A DNA stretch of 37,365 nucleotides from an uncultured Lachnospiraceae bacterium (GTDB lineage: Bacteria; Bacillota; Clostridia; Oscillospirales; CAG-272): positions 1 through 37,365 of the forward strand of contig CAZONA010000003.1 in assembly GCA_964581025.1 (NCBI GenBank), in the 5' to 3' direction. Below, piece after piece: positions 35,997-37,365 of the stretch (position 1 is its first letter; every line of letters begins with the position of its first letter). The position numbers and the translations under genes were made by a program. The notes under the pieces are model-generated. The model did not search any database and was not told where the DNA came from. It saw only the letters and a list, made by a program, of their open reading frames with translations.

Positions 35997-36085
35997 ATAT
36001 TTTTTCAAAAAATCTCGCTTTGTGTCCTGTACTTTTTGAAAATATATGCTATTATATACTCAGAAAACACCTCGGAGGTAAGCAA

Positions 36086-36823
36086 ATGGACTCAAAAAAA
36101 TTCGGCTCATTTCTCAAACAGCTAAGAAAAGAGAAGGGACTGACGCAGGAGGGGCTTGCGGATATACTCGGAGTTACAAATAAGAGCGTATCACGCTGAG
36201 AGCGTGGTGTGAATATGCCCGATATAGATCTGTTGATAATCCTCGCAAGCCTCTATGATATCAGCATCGGCGAGCTTTTGGAGTGCGAAAGACGGGAATC
36301 GGTATCGGATGCACCGCCTCCCGTGGAAAAATCGGAATCAGAGCCCTCGCCTACGGAGGAGGAATCTCGCATATTGCTAAAAAAGGTCAATGACTACTCA
36401 CGCACACAAAGCGTTCGCTTTGCCGCAAGATTTTTGGCAACCGTAATATTTTCCTGCATCGCACTTGCTTTGACGGCATTCGTCGGCAAAGAATCCGCCG
36501 ATCAGGTAAAGGGCGGCTTGCTCGTGGTGATAGTCCCCGTGTTCGCATACGCACTATATACTCTCGGAACTGCCGTGTCTCCGAGCAAAAGCCGCTATGC
36601 CACACTGAATAAAATAGATATCGGCTCGCTCGTTTTGGCACTTAACGCAATAATCACACATCTCGTATTTTTCCCGAACGGAGAATATCACAATTACGGA
36701 CTTATGGGCGGATATTTTGCGATAATTCTCGTCTTTCTCGTCTTTTTCTCCGTCCGACTTTTAATAAAAATCATCAAGGTTATCTTCAGATTTGCAAAAT
36801 ACCGCTTTTTCAATAAGGATTAG
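36086..36823 (+). pseudogene. XRE-family HTH regulator fused to a 4-TM membrane domain, interrupted by an in-frame TGA at the conserved Trp codon
   Basis: The ATG at 36086 follows GGAGG. Translation reads MDSKKFGSFLKQLRKEKGLTQEGLADILGVTNKSVSR-TGA(36197-36199)-ERGVNMPDIDLLIILASLYDISIGELL..., in the same frame as the ORF-track ORF 36209..36823. The canonical HTH_3 motif is SRWERG. Confidence 0.7.
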
Positions 36824-36835
36824 GAGGTGAGTCCA

Positions 36836-36895
36836 ATGGTTTCTCGTAAGATGTCATTAGGTTTAATTTTATATTTACGGAGGTTTATATGTTAA
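36836..36895 (+). CDS. Possible 19-codon micro-ORF (MVSRKMSLGLILYLRRFIC) coupled to the downstream lipoprotein gene
   Basis: Very strong RBS TAGGAGGTGA (36821-36830) lies 5 nt before the ATG at 36836. The stop TAA (36893-36895) overlaps the lipoprotein start ATG (36889-36891). No homology evidence. Confidence 0.25.
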   Translation: MVSRKMSLGLILYLRRFIC

Positions 36896-37365
36896 AAAGA
36901 TCGCTAATTTTATTATTGCTTATTTCCACACTGTTAACGGCTTCGTCTTGCTCATTTCTTTTGAAAACGAATGCTCAGGAATATATGAGCCTTGACTCAC
37001 AGACGAGAATAGAGCTTGCGCAGTCAAAATATTCCGAATTTGAGAAAAATCCAAGCAAGGAATATGAGGTTATGATCTCTTTGAAGAATATTCCGTATAC
37101 GGAGATCCCGAGGCTTTTTGAGGGGCAAAATAATATAATTTCTGCATTTCATTATTATGAATTTGAGGGTGATAGAGTCTACGGCGGCTATAACGACTGC
37201 GATGGTAAGGATATCGAAAGAATAGTTTTTGAATATTATAACAGCATTTACAACATGATATCCGGAAGCATTGAAAATTACACACCGCCGCAAACAAACG
37301 AGACCTCGGAGAAGGAATCGTCCGAAAATAATCTTCGCCTTCTTATCATGCAACGGGAAGCGATG
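36889..37365 (+). CDS. Putative lipoprotein, N-terminal 159 aa; the gene runs off the right edge
   Basis: Absent from the ORF track because there is no stop in the window. The ATG follows GGAGG. MLKRSLILLLLISTLLTASSC is a signal peptide with a lipobox-like ASSC. The frame stays open to the end of the window. This stretch is noticeably AT-rich. Confidence 0.6.
   Translation, partial: MLKRSLILLLLISTLLTASSCSFLLKTNAQEYMSLDSQTRIELAQSKYSEFEKNPSKEYEVMISLKNIPYTEIPRLFEGQNNIISAFHYYEFEGDRVYGGYNDCDGKDIERIVFEYYNSIYNMISGSIENYTPPQTNETSEKESSENNLRLLIMQREAM

Noticed and set aside
36197-36199. Reading the in-frame TGA as evidence for genetic code 4 or 25 (UGA = Trp or Gly).
   Set aside because: Several conserved genes in the same window terminate at TGA at the expected protein ends (8706-8708, 10427-10429, 12661-12663, 14042-14044, 16005-16007, 29037-29039).
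1-37365. Search of the whole window for tRNA, rRNA, tmRNA, CRISPR repeats, IS or transposase/integrase genes, toxin-antitoxin pairs and defence-system hallmarks.
   Set aside because: I found none by eye. Intergenic spaces are short and are explained by promoters and terminators. No T-loop GGTTCGAATCC-type motifs, no regularly spaced direct repeats, and no recombinase-like ORFs were seen. A covariance-model or HMM scan would be needed to be definitive.

Overview
This is a dense, mostly housekeeping chromosomal segment from a spore-forming Firmicute that looks Clostridia-like. The taxonomic call rests on sigG, a DUF1540 protein, an S41 Ctp-type protease, and the tig-clpP-clpX, lepB-rbgA-rnhB-yraN, greA-lysS and trmK-nif3 neighbourhoods. 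I call about 38 protein-coding genes, one of them interrupted by an in-frame stop, plus 11 near-consensus sigma-A promoters with 17-nt spacers and about a dozen terminator-type hairpins. By eye I found no rRNA, tRNA, CRISPR array, transposase or integrase. I do not see a convincing multi-gene novel system, and there are no defence-island or mobile-element hallmarks. The observations most worth follow-up are individually modest. (1) An XRE-HTH/4-TM regulator gene has its invariant Trp codon replaced by an in-frame TGA. It is followed by a 19-codon micro-ORF with a very strong RBS and an AT-rich lipoprotein gene at the right edge. (2) A 277-aa protein with 20 Cys, including a CRCTCCCSC cluster, lies directly downstream of sigG and has a promoter nested in the sigG terminator. 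(3) A leader of about 210 nt upstream of a DUF21-CBS-CorC gene has a long helix that buries the RBS, which makes it a candidate riboswitch of unidentified class. (4) Two apparent pseudo-enzymes are present. One is a metallophosphoesterase with every metal-ligand motif substituted. The other is a stand-alone E2-type acyltransferase domain with DERxxDG in place of DHRxxDG. All functional calls come from reading the translated ORFs and sequence motifs; no database search was run.
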